From Octopus vulgaris (taxonomy: Eukaryota), in the NCBI GenBank assembly GCA_951406725.2, contig OX597824.1, positions 44,950,001 through 45,014,000 on the forward strand: DNA of 64,000 bases, given 5' to 3'. Under the pieces are notes generated by a model that was given only the letters and a program-made list of their open reading frames with translations, was not told the DNA's origin and did not search any database. Shown in pieces: positions 54,045 to 64,000 of the stretch (the first letter of the stretch is position 1; each line of letters begins with the position of its first letter). Position numbers and translations under genes: made by a program.

Positions 54045-54812
54045 AATGGGTTTCTCTCAGTTTGTATCTACCAAATCTACTCATAAGGCTTTGGTCAATG
54101 TGGGGCTATAGTAGAATCACTTGCCAAAGTGCTTCATTGCAAGACTGAACCCAAAGCAACATGGTTGGGAAGCAAGGTTCTTGAGTAGACAACCGTGGCT
54201 GTGCGTGTATCATAATCATCATCATTATTATTCAACTAGCAGGATCCATGAATATTTCATGGAATTAATGGTAAACCTATTGGGTTATTCCTGAAAACTT
54301 CATCCCAAAAACCTGAGAGCATAGCTTGTGTTGTGTCTGTATGGAAAGACAGTCACTCATCTACTACTCATTGAAAAGTGAAAGAAATTGGAATATGATG
54401 ATTACTTAATGCAGGTGTGGCTGTGTGGTAAGAAGCTTGCTTCCCAACCACATGGTTCTGGGTTCAGCCCCTCTGTGTGGCATCTTGGGCAAGTGTCATC
54501 TACAATAGCCTTGGGCCAACCAAAGCCTTGTGAACAGATTTGGTTGATGGACACTGAAAGAAGCCTGTTGTATACATATATGTATACAATTATGCGTGTG
54601 TGTCATTGTGTCTGTGTATGTTCCTACTACTATCGCTTAACAACCGATGTTGGTATGTTTACATCCCCATAACCTAAAGGCTTGGCAGAAGTGACTGATA
54701 GAATAAGTACCAGGCTTACAAAGAATTAATCCAGGGTCGATTTCTTCGACTAAAAGGTGGTGCTCCAGCATGGCCCCAGTCAAATGTTTGAAACAAGTAA
54801 AAGAATAGAAGA
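54045..54812. mobile_element. Two family B SINEs: minus strand (54045-54200) and a near-complete plus-strand copy (54410-54812)
   Basis: tggctgtgtggtaagaagcttgcttcccaaccacatggttctgggttcagcccc (A and B boxes), CORE-like cttgggcaagtgtc, and tail gatagaataagtaccagg..gctccagcatggcc..aagtaaaagaatag. Confidence 0.85.
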
Positions 54813-55243
54813 ATAAAAGAATATACACTTTATATACATACTTTATGCACCATTTTAAAGACTAAATACACAGCACTCAAAATAGATATTCATTCTTATT
54901 CTTCCATTTTTCTCATAAACAAAAAAAATTATCTCATACATATGATACAACTTTTAGTTGTATATATGCATATATGTTGCGTAAATAAGCATGAATATTT
55001 CATGGAATTGCGCTTATGAGCATGTGCTAAGCTATAGGTGATATAAAAAAACTTAGTTCAATTAAAAAGAAATACACTTTTCACTATGCAATCACCAACG
55101 CCACCTCCGCTACCACCATCATATCTCTCTACCATCCTCACCCCCCCTCTCTCTACCTTTCTTTCAGAATATCATCCTTCTGCTAAAATGATATCTCTAA
55201 CTCTCTCTACCTTCAACTAACTGTTTTAACCATGTAATAAATG

Positions 55244-55590
55244 TTACATTCCCTCTAACTCATGTCATGGATGCTTCTCTCTCCCTCTTTTCTTTCTCCT
55301 TCTTTCCGTCTCACTCTTTGCCTTATCTTCTTTTTCTCTCTCCTTTTTCTTTCTCCTCTCTTTCCCTCTACTAATCACGTGAAAGTATTACAATTACATT
55401 CCCTCTACCTCACGTCATGGATGCTTCTCACTTTCTCTTTTTCTTTCTCCTTCTTTCCGTCTCACTCTTTGCCTTATCTTCTTTTTCTCTCTCCTTTTTC
55501 TTTCTCCTCTCTTTCCCTCTACTAATCACGTGAAAGTATTACAATTACATTCCCTCTACCTCACGTCATGGATGCTTCTCTCTCCCTCTT
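55244..55590. repeat. Pyrimidine-rich tandem repeat, ~151-bp unit, about 2.3 copies
   Basis: ttacattccctcta.ctca.gtcatggatgcttctc starts at ~55244, 55394 and 55544. Confidence 0.85.
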
Positions 55591-55677
55591 TTTGTTTAAT
55601 CATGCGAAAGAGTTACTGATGGGTTAAGTAACGCACTAACAAGCAGAATTATTATAAGATAAGCTATTCTTTATATA

Positions 55678-55834
55678 TGTGGCTGTGGGGTAAGAAATTT
55701 GCTTCCCGACCACATGGTTCTAGGTTCAGTCTCACTGCATGGCACCTTGGGCAATTGTCTTCTACTATAGCCTCAGGCTGACCAAAGCATAGTGAGTGTA
55801 TTTGGGAGACAGAAACTGAAAGAAGCCCATTGTA
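55678..55834 (+). mobile_element. Family B SINE interrupted by a Helitron
   Basis: tgtggctgtggggtaagaaatttgcttccc..ggttcagtctc..ccttgggcaa..gaaactgaaagaagcccattgta; the expected (TA/TG)n continues at 57000. Confidence 0.85.
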
Positions 55835-56999
55835 TCTACTACATATGTGGAAAATCAGTGTGTTTGTTTGTGGCATTGTTAGCTAACTCCTCCTACATTG
55901 TTTTATTGATTTTGATGAAACTTGACACGTGAGTAGAACTCATGTCTAGAAACCTTGTGACATACTTAGATTGTTGAAAAAATTGATAATACGGTTCCTG
56001 GAAGGGACCTTTATATCAACCTCATATTGCTAATTTTTTTTAAAACACCCAAGGAAATAACCCTTAGCACTTGTACAATATTTTTTTTAAACACTCAAGG
56101 GAAATAACCCATTTCATTGTTTATGTTCAATTACTTTGAATATTGATTTTTTTGTGTGTCCTATTTTAAATTTTTGCAGACAATATTACTTTTATACTCT
56201 ATTTGACGTGTGAGTAGAACTCGTGTCTGGAATCCTCGTAACATAGATTGTTGAAAAGAAAACGATAATAAGGCCCTTCCAATGGATCCTTCCAGTTACT
56301 ACATATTACTAATATTTTATTTAAACAACCCAAGGAAAATAACCCATACCACCTGCAGATTTTAGCAAAGCGATCAATATTTGATTCTCACGATCAGCCG
56401 ACCTAAATCTGCATTTCACTACTCACAGTTTTGAACTTCTAAACATTATTATTGCACTTCTTTAATTTGAATCTTAAACATTAAAGACATCATTCATTCA
56501 TTTCTATATATACATACTTTTTTGAATGCCCAATAATTCTGCATTTTTGCAGTTACACTTTTTCCATGACAGTAGATAAATTTTTTATTCCACAACATAT
56601 CTGAAGTGGCTTCATGCAGGCATAGGGTGGATTTGATCCTTGATTACTAAATTTTACTTAACACTTCAACAGCGCTTTTCTCACGGTAAAACAATAGTTT
56701 TTCTGTGAATGACAGCAGTTATACATTTCCCAGATGCCTTCGCTAAGCAGAATAATGTCTTTGCCTCTCGCCAACCTCTCTCACCAATCTCCGACAATCT
56801 TTGTCGCCAACCTCCACAAACTTCTCTCGCCAACCTCCAACAATCACTTTCTCCTCCAGCTGAAAGTTTTTTGTACTTTTTTGCGATGGAAAATACATCT
56901 TTTGTGGCAGTTATAACAAAATTACTTTCTTATATCAGAGTATTAAGGCATTTCAATAGAACATCTTTACCCCCAGGAACTACTGGGTACACCAGCTGG
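55835..56999 (+). mobile_element. Non-autonomous Helitron (~1165 bp)
   Basis: A|TCtactacata start; 3' hairpin cccag-gaacta-ctggg, then CTGG|T. Internal ~150-bp duplication (~55920 vs ~56200). Shares tgatgaaacttgacac with the 21962 element. Confidence 0.75.
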
Positions 57000-57068
57000 T
57001 ATGTATATATATATATATGTTTGTGTGTGTGTGTAAGTTATGCATCAATTGATTTAATATATGCGTGT

Positions 57069-57140
<72 letters not shown>

Positions 57141-57294
57141 TAAGAAGAACTGTAATCAATGCTAGAGAAAATATATAAGTTGACTATGACAGGATTTGAA
57201 CTCAGAACAGGAAATGTCGGAACAAATGTCAGAAAGGAATTTTTCTAATGCTTAACTGTTCTGCCTTTCCTCCACCCAAATATGCACTCATGCA

Positions 57295-57378
<84 letters not shown>

Positions 57379-57379
<1 letters not shown>

Positions 57380-57588
57380 GGGTGGCACGTAAAAGCGCGG
57401 GTGGCACGTAAAAAGCACCCACTACTCACGGAGTGGTTGGCGTTAGGAAGGGCATCCAGCCGTAGAAACACTGCCAGATTTGACTGGGCCTGATGAAGCC
57501 TTCTGGCTTCACAGACCCCAGTAGAACCGTCCAACCCATGCTAGCATGGAAAACGGACGCTAAACGATGATGATGATGATGATGATGA
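57379..57588 (+). mobile_element. Young (CpG-intact) RTE 3' tail in a (TA)n tract
   Basis: gggtggcacgtaaaa is duplicated at the 5' end; gagtggttggcgttaggaagggcatccagccgtagaaac..aacggacgctaaacgatgatgat. Confidence 0.85.
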
Positions 57589-57612
57589 TATATATATATA
57601 TATATATATATA

Positions 57613-57654
57613 GTTAATTAACTGTTCTGCCTTTCCTCCACCCAAACATGCACT

Positions 57655-57696
<42 letters not shown>

Positions 57697-57740
57697 TGAG
57701 TGCATATTTGGGTGGAGGAAAGGCAGAACAGTTAATTAAC
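57613..57740. repeat. 48-bp inverted repeat around a (TA)n spacer
   Basis: 57613-57660 vs the reverse complement of 57693-57740 (2 mismatches). A third, direct copy lies at 57252-57294. Confidence 0.9.
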
Positions 57741-57847
57741 TATATATATATATATATATTTAATTAATAAAACATATATCAGAAAAGAAGCACAGTCTAA
57801 AGAATAGAATAGTAATTGTTACAACAAAGAATTTGATATCTTGGCCA

Positions 57848-57910
57848 TAGAGTTACCCAAGATTTCATATACACAAAGCCAAAGCCTTGTGGACAGCTTG
57901 TCAGACTCTA
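57848..57910 (-). ncRNA. Type I hammerhead-like motif (related to the 34.8/35.5 kb motifs), core mutated
   Basis: Minus strand: tagagt CTGACAA gctgtccacaagg..ctttgtgtatat GAAA tcttgg GTA actcta. 6-bp stem I tagagt/actcta; G8 to A is consistent with CpG decay. Confidence 0.6.
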
Positions 57911-57977
57911 TATAAAGACAAAAATATAAAATTTCTATGTCGCAGACGTGAGGCAATGCTCAGAAATCGTGTGTTGA

Positions 57978-59405
57978 AGCCAGTCAGTGGACACTGGTAT
58001 CAACCACGTTTAAATGATGCATTTTATGTGCCACCGGAATAGGAGCCAGTCAGGGAGCACTGGCCACTGCTACAATTCTGGTTTTACTTGACTCAACAGG
58101 TCTTCTCAAGCATATCATATTGTCCAATGCATCAAGGGTACTCTTGAATGGGCTGGGCATGCAACACTGGCATCGGCCATGGCTTCTCAATCACAGAATA
58201 TCTCCAGAGGTCTCGGTCTCCTGTCATTGCCTCTGTGAGGCCCAACGTTTGAAGGTCATGCTTCACTAGCTTATCCCATGTCTTCCTGGGTCTACCTCTT
58301 CCACAGGTTCCTTCCATAGTTAGGGTGTGGCACTTCCTCACACAGCTGTCCTCATCCATATGGAACACATGACTATACCAGCACAGTCGTCTCTCTTGCA
58401 CACCACATTTGATGCTTCTTATGTCCAACTTTTCTCTCAGGTGCCTACACTCTGTTGTGTATGCACACTGACATTAGACATCTAGCAGATCATACTAGCT
58501 TCATTTCTTTCAAGCCTATGCATGTCCTCAGCAGTCACAGCCCATGTTCCACTGCTGCGTAGATGGCAGTCCACACACATGCATCATACAGTCTACCTTT
58601 CATCCTGTGCGAGAGGCCCTTAGTTGCCAGCAGAGGTACGAGCTCCCTGAACTTTGTCCAGGCTATTCTTGTTTTAGTTGCTACACTCTCAGAGCAACCA
58701 CCCCTACTACTTGGTCGCCTAGGTAGTGGTAGCTATCAACTACTTCTAGTTTTTCTCCCTGGCATGTGATGGAATCTGTTTTCTGTACATCTTCAGTGTT
58801 TATTGCCCCTGTGCATCTGCCACACAATAAAACTATCTTCCCAGTTAACCTTCCTTTGATGTTGCTGCACCTTTTATGTGTCCATAGCTTTCACCGGGAG
58901 TTTCTACCCATGCCTTTTCCACAGATTAAATAGGACCATCTGCTTGAAGGGTTTTATGATTTGTCAGCCTTCCTACTTACTAAGATTTTGATTTTTACTA
59001 GGTAAACCCTAAGGCCATTTGATCCTAGACCTTGCTTCCACACCCTAAAGTTTGTCTCTAGTTCTGGTAGTGACTCAGCTTTAAGAACAAGATCATCAAC
59101 ATAGAGGAGCTCCCAGGAGCAGCCTGTCTTCAATTCCTCTGTTATTGCCTGGAGGACTATGATGAATAAGAGGGAGCTGAGAACTGATCCTTGGTAAACC
59201 CCTACTTCCATCTGGAATTCTTCAATATACTCATTGCCAACCCTCACCTTACTGACAGCTTGTACAGCTCTTACCAACCACTCAACTATCCCCAGTTTCC
59301 GCATTGACCACCAGATAAGGGAACAGGGACCTTGTCAAAAGTTTTCTCCAAGTCAACAAAAGCCAAGTACAGAGGTTTATCTTTGGCTAGATATTTCTAG
59401 CCAAA
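57978..59405 (-). mobile_element. RTE LINE RT region to 3' UTR, decayed
   Basis: FVDLEKTFDKVP, GVYQGSVLSSLLF, LLYVDDLVL, YLGDQV, ERRLCWYSHV, GRGRPRKTW. Confidence 0.92.
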
Positions 59406-59425
59406 GAATATATATTTGTGTGTAC

Positions 59426-59670
59426 TGCTGGCACGTAAAAAACACCATTTGAGTGTGGTTGTTGCCAGTGCCACCTGGCTGGCTCCTGTGCCGGTGGCAC
59501 GTAAAAGCCCCCTCTACACTCTCAGAGTAGTTGGTTTTAGGAAGGGCATCCAGCTGTAGAAACTTTGCCAGATCAGATTGGAGCCTGGTGCAGCCTACTG
59601 GTTTGCCAGCCCTCAGTCAAACCGTCCAACCCATGCCAGCATGGAAAGCGGACGTTAAACGACGACATGA

Positions 59671-59673
<3 letters not shown>
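59426..59673 (+). mobile_element. RTE 3' tail (sense orientation)
   Basis: ggtggcacgtaaaagc..aggaagggcatccagctgtagaaac..catggaaagcggacgttaaacgacgacatgatgat. Confidence 0.85.
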
Positions 59674-59714
<41 letters not shown>

Positions 59715-59716
<2 letters not shown>

Positions 59717-59865
59717 CGGGCTTCTTTCAGTTTCCGTCTACCAAATCATCGCACAAAGCTTTAGTCAGCCTCAAGCTATTGTAGAAGACACTTGCTGAAG
59801 GTGCCACGCAGTGGGACTGAACCCAGAACCATGTGGTTGGTAAGCAAGCTACTTATCACACAGCT
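59715..59865 (-). mobile_element. Family B SINE
   Basis: gacgggcttctttcagtttccgtctaccaaatc..gaagacacttg..gtgccacgcagtgggactgaaccc..gcaagctacttatcacacagc. Confidence 0.85.
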
Positions 59866-59899
59866 AGTTTATTTATTTATTTATTTATTTAATAAAAAA

Positions 59900-60322
59900 A
59901 ATTTCGTTTGTTTGGGCACGCGTGCACAAACACACAACATAAAAAAAAAACGCAGCTCTGATAATGGACAGTCAACGACTATTGAGAAGGTTGCAAGACG
60001 CAACAAAAATTTCAGAAAAATAAAAAATAAATAAATGAATAAATAAATAAGGGGAAATCGAACCGGTGAGTGTGTTAAGTAATAAGGGACTAAAATAAAA
60101 AATATATGTATATATATTTGTATATATGCATATGTATATACATAGATATTTATATAAGTATGCATAAACAGTAATTAAGTACAATATCCTTTAAACATTA
60201 GTCAGCCGCGCAAAAGTTCGAACAGAAAAAAATACTGAGATTTTGAAACATGGACTACATACTTTGATATACACATAAATATGTACAGTCATGATACACG
60301 CACACACACACACACGTGTGTT

Positions 60323-60374
<52 letters not shown>

Positions 60375-62000
60375 CATATGCATACATATATATACATGTA
60401 TACATATAAACACATACATATATATATATATATACATATACACACACACACACACACATATATATATTAGTACCGATTTATTTTTAAATATTTAAACTAC
60501 ATGACAAGGTTTGCTTGTGGTATGTAGACGGCCAAAGTATAAAGGTGAAAGGTGATACTGCATTATGGTAAAGATGAAATGAAAACAAGAAGCAACGGGT
60601 GTCCAGGAAAACCGTCTCGTGTCCCCGTGTTTTGTTAGTGAGCAAGAAGCGAACGTAACTGCACATCTCAAGCAGTCTGCATGCAAATGTATGTGTAGTA
60701 CTCTCTCTCTCTCTCTTCATGAATTACTCATTTAATACGATTCACGCAACATGAACGGTCAACTTGATAAAGTTCTCTGGATTTTAGACGAAAGGAAAGC
60801 AGCTGAAATGCTATTATAGAATCACCGTAATGTTTACAGCAACACTATAGATGACTGTGTGTATCATGATAGCGGTACTAGAAGACTCGTTGTGTAAGTT
60901 TCAGAACGATACTCAAGATCCCAGCTGTCTGTGTATGTGCTGTGTATATTTTGGAGTGCTGCCTGGACGGGATGGGTGTTTACTTCCCACCCACCGCACA
61001 CTTTTTTCTTTTGTTTTTCTCTTTTTTCTTTCTTTTTCTCTAGCTTTACAATTTGTACAACAATCAGCGTATTAATTTAACCGTTTAGTCATGTTGTTCT
61101 TCCTTTCTTTCACCCTTCCTTGTCGATGTGAATGTAATCAAAGAGAGCTTCTGTCTCTCTGACACATGTTCATACATATACGCATACATACAAACACACG
61201 TGCATCAAGCACACCGCTTACTACACCCCTTCAAATATGCGGATGTCGTTCCTGGGTACTTGCATATCAGCCCCCACTAAAAACAAGAGGAAACCGTCAA
61301 CAAACATCACCGTAGCCACCGTCACTACTACTGCCATTCATAACAACAGCAACCCGTGCCATTTATGCCTGACAAGCGATGCTAATAGTAAGTCTTGTAG
61401 AATGTGGGGAGTGAAATTATTTCTAATACCCAAATGTTCTCACAAATCTATCAGAGGATTAATCTTCAAGTATATGCAATCACTATCACCATCGCTCACA
61501 GCAAGAACCAAGCTCTTTTCCCTATGACGGAAATTAATTAAATAGAAAATGAGTCGGTTTGTTGAAGCTAATTTAAAACGCTTCTTCCCTTCTAATAACG
61601 AAACTTAGAAGCTTAGCCTTACGAAGAGAGAAAGAAAGAAAGAAGAAACAATTACTAAAGTCTCTCGACATACCGACTGACTGAGCTATTTACTTACATA
61701 TTTACCTAGTTACTACCTAACCTTGTAGTTTTGCTGTTTAACAGCGAAATATTTTAAATATTCAAGGTGAGTTTAGACATTCTTTGAACTGTCTCGTGGC
61801 ATCTAACCCTGATTGGGATTTCACCCTTTTATTATTTCAGTAAATTGTACAGTATTATTGTGCTTTAAAAATTCAACAGCAAACAATTGAATACAAGCGT
61901 AACTTGAGTATATTTCACCAACGTCTTTTTTTCTTTTCTTTTTGCTATACAACACCTCCCTACCTTTACAAGTACCTGGCCTCAATTTTCACCTGGGAAA
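59900..62000. promoter_or_regulatory. CpG-retaining, largely transposon-free region; possible promoter or 5' exon region
   Basis: Many CG dinucleotides compared with the upstream 55 kb. Splice-donor-like sites: ccg|gtgagt (+, 60066), aag|gtgagt (+, 61767) and gtaagt (-, 61697). Confidence 0.3.
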
Positions 62001-62389
62001 TGTGTGTATGCACCTATATACATACATTATCTTATACATACATGCGCTAAAATTTTTTAGCTTTATTCTATCTACTTTTTGCAAATGTACGATATAGTTA
62101 TATATTTCCGTAATATACACGTGTCTGTGAATCAATATATATGTATATAAATACATTTCACTGTATACACAGATACATATGTGTATATGAATAAATATAT
62201 TTACTAATTGTATATATGTATGTGTGTGTGTAGTATGTTTACTTTCCTCTTATGTGTGACCATAAATATATGTGAATCAGAAGAGCAAAATGCATGTCTT
62301 TTTATAGCCTACTGCCACATGTTTAACCATGTAGTCTTCTACATGTAATCTAGCATTGCGAAGGTCTCTCATGTTTCGTTCATTCCCCT

Positions 62390-62562
62390 ATCTATCTATC
62401 TGTCCATCAGTCTATCTATCTGTCTGCCTATTTATCTATCTATCTATCTGCCTATTTATCTATCTATCTATCTGCCTATTTATCTATCTATCTGCCTATT
62501 TATCTATCTATCTGCCTATTTATCTATCTGTCTATCTATTTGTCTATTTATCTATATTTATG

Positions 62563-62617
<55 letters not shown>

Positions 62618-62660
62618 GTGTCTGTCTGTCTGTCTGTCCGTCCTTCCATCCATCCATCCA
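62390..62660. repeat. (TATC/TGTC/TCCA)n compound microsatellite
   Basis: Direct reading. Many other (TA)n, (CA)n and (TACA)n tracts occur throughout the window. Confidence 0.95.
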
Positions 62661-63369
62661 TCGCATCAGATTTAAAGAGAAAGAAAATAGGATTATTTCG
62701 CGTGAGCCGTTTTTTCAGAGGTGGTTGTTCATGGAACTGAAATGGATATAGTCTTGAAGGAGAAAACTGGTTGTAAATAATAACGAATTTCTCATTTCTT
62801 GATATTCTCTCACAATATATTGCTTTTATATCTTTCTTTTTATCTATCCCACTTTATCTATCTTCAGCTCTCCTACACCCCACCCCCTCTCTTCCTTTTT
62901 TTTTTGAATTCTTCCGTTTTTCCGAACCTGTCTTTCTTTCACTTTTCCATCTCATCATTCCTGTGGTTGCATACTTCACACACACACACAAACACAGAAA
63001 GTCTTCACGAAATTCCACCATAGCTGGTTGCCCTGGCCTTGCTCTGTAACTCACCTTTGTGTCTCTTACCCCCACCACACATTTCTGTTCACGAAATTCC
63101 ATCAGTGTTGCTTGCCCCAGCCTTGTTTCAAAGCTCACCTTTGTACCTCGCGCCCGCGCACACGCATACACACTAATGGTGCTTTATGGTACTTGTTCAA
63201 CCCCACCCCTTTTTTGTACGTATGACCATAGAAAGGCAGGAATAGATTGAGAATCGTAGGGAGAGAATTTAAAATTAATTTTTGATGGGAGTAATGAGGT
63301 GCTGGGACATATTTTGACAACTAGTCTGTATGGAAAAAAAAACAAAGGTTTGAGTGAATCAATAATAAT

Positions 63370-63565
63370 GATTTCTAATTCGAGCACAAGGTTAGCAATT
63401 TTGAGAAGTAGGGGTTCGTCGATACTATCAATCCCAGCACTTGTACTTTGTTTTCTCAACCCTTGAGGGATGGAAGGCAAAGTTGATCTCGGCAGGATTT
63501 GAACTCATAGCGTGAATAGTCGGAAGAGAAGCATTTTTCCAACGCTCTAAGGAGTCTGTTGCCTT
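63370..63565 (-). mobile_element. Family A SINE with CpGs retained
   Basis: tttctaattcgagcacaagg..gggatggaaggcaaagttgatctcggcaggatttgaactca. Confidence 0.8.
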
Positions 63566-64000
63566 CATCAATAATAACGAATTTTTATATTGGTTTCAAG
63601 AGCCCGAGATTTTAGGGACAGCACAAAACGAAATAGAGGCGGAGGTGAACAACGAATTGTTATTATAAGTGTAATGGGGAAGGTACTTAGTAGTGCTGCT
63701 TGGACATGTTGGTGGCTTAATTGTGGTATTTAGTGTATATACGTTCACTTTTAGGCTTGGTATTTATTGTGGGTTTATAGATAATTACGTATTTGTTGTG
63801 TATTGGTATGTGCATGTGATTAGTGTGCATGTAGCTAACAGCCTTTTACAGAGGCATAATGTAAGCATACAGTAATTTAGTAATTGTGCATAGTAATATC
63901 TATAACGGGTTCGTGTACATAAATGCCTTATCTATCTATCTACGTATATGCTGTAAAGTTATATATATAAAGTAATATATATAGTGCATGTACGCTTGTG

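Noticed and set aside
54410-54480. tRNA genes at SINE heads
   Set aside because: A and B boxes are present, but there is no complete cloverleaf and the sequence continues into SINE bodies.

Overview
AT-rich, microsatellite-dense eukaryotic DNA. The SINE families and repeat landscape suggest a cephalopod (Octopus-like), which is inference. No intact host gene is recognisable, and almost all ORFs in the track are repeat artefacts or transposon debris. The window is a mosaic of mobile elements: a decayed autonomous Helitron (Rep Y2 plus Pif1 helicase) and three non-autonomous Helitrons, a full-length mariner and a mariner fragment, a Gypsy integrase with LTR, a probable Copia relic, two R4/Dong-like LINEs, RTE LINE pieces, CR1/Jockey-like relics, Penelope-like element (PLE) fragments and many tRNA-derived SINEs. 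The most striking unannotated signal is about eight minimal type I hammerhead-ribozyme motifs (CTGAnGA-stem II-GAAA-short, often palindromic stem III-UH) from several families. Several lie in the arms of non-coding fold-back elements (34.8-35.6 kb, 38.25-38.58 kb, 47.1-47.4 kb), probably PLE-derived. CpG is strongly depleted up to about 59.7 kb and retained afterwards, suggesting a methylation boundary or promoter near 60-62 kb. All calls are by eye. Boundaries are approximate unless termini are quoted.
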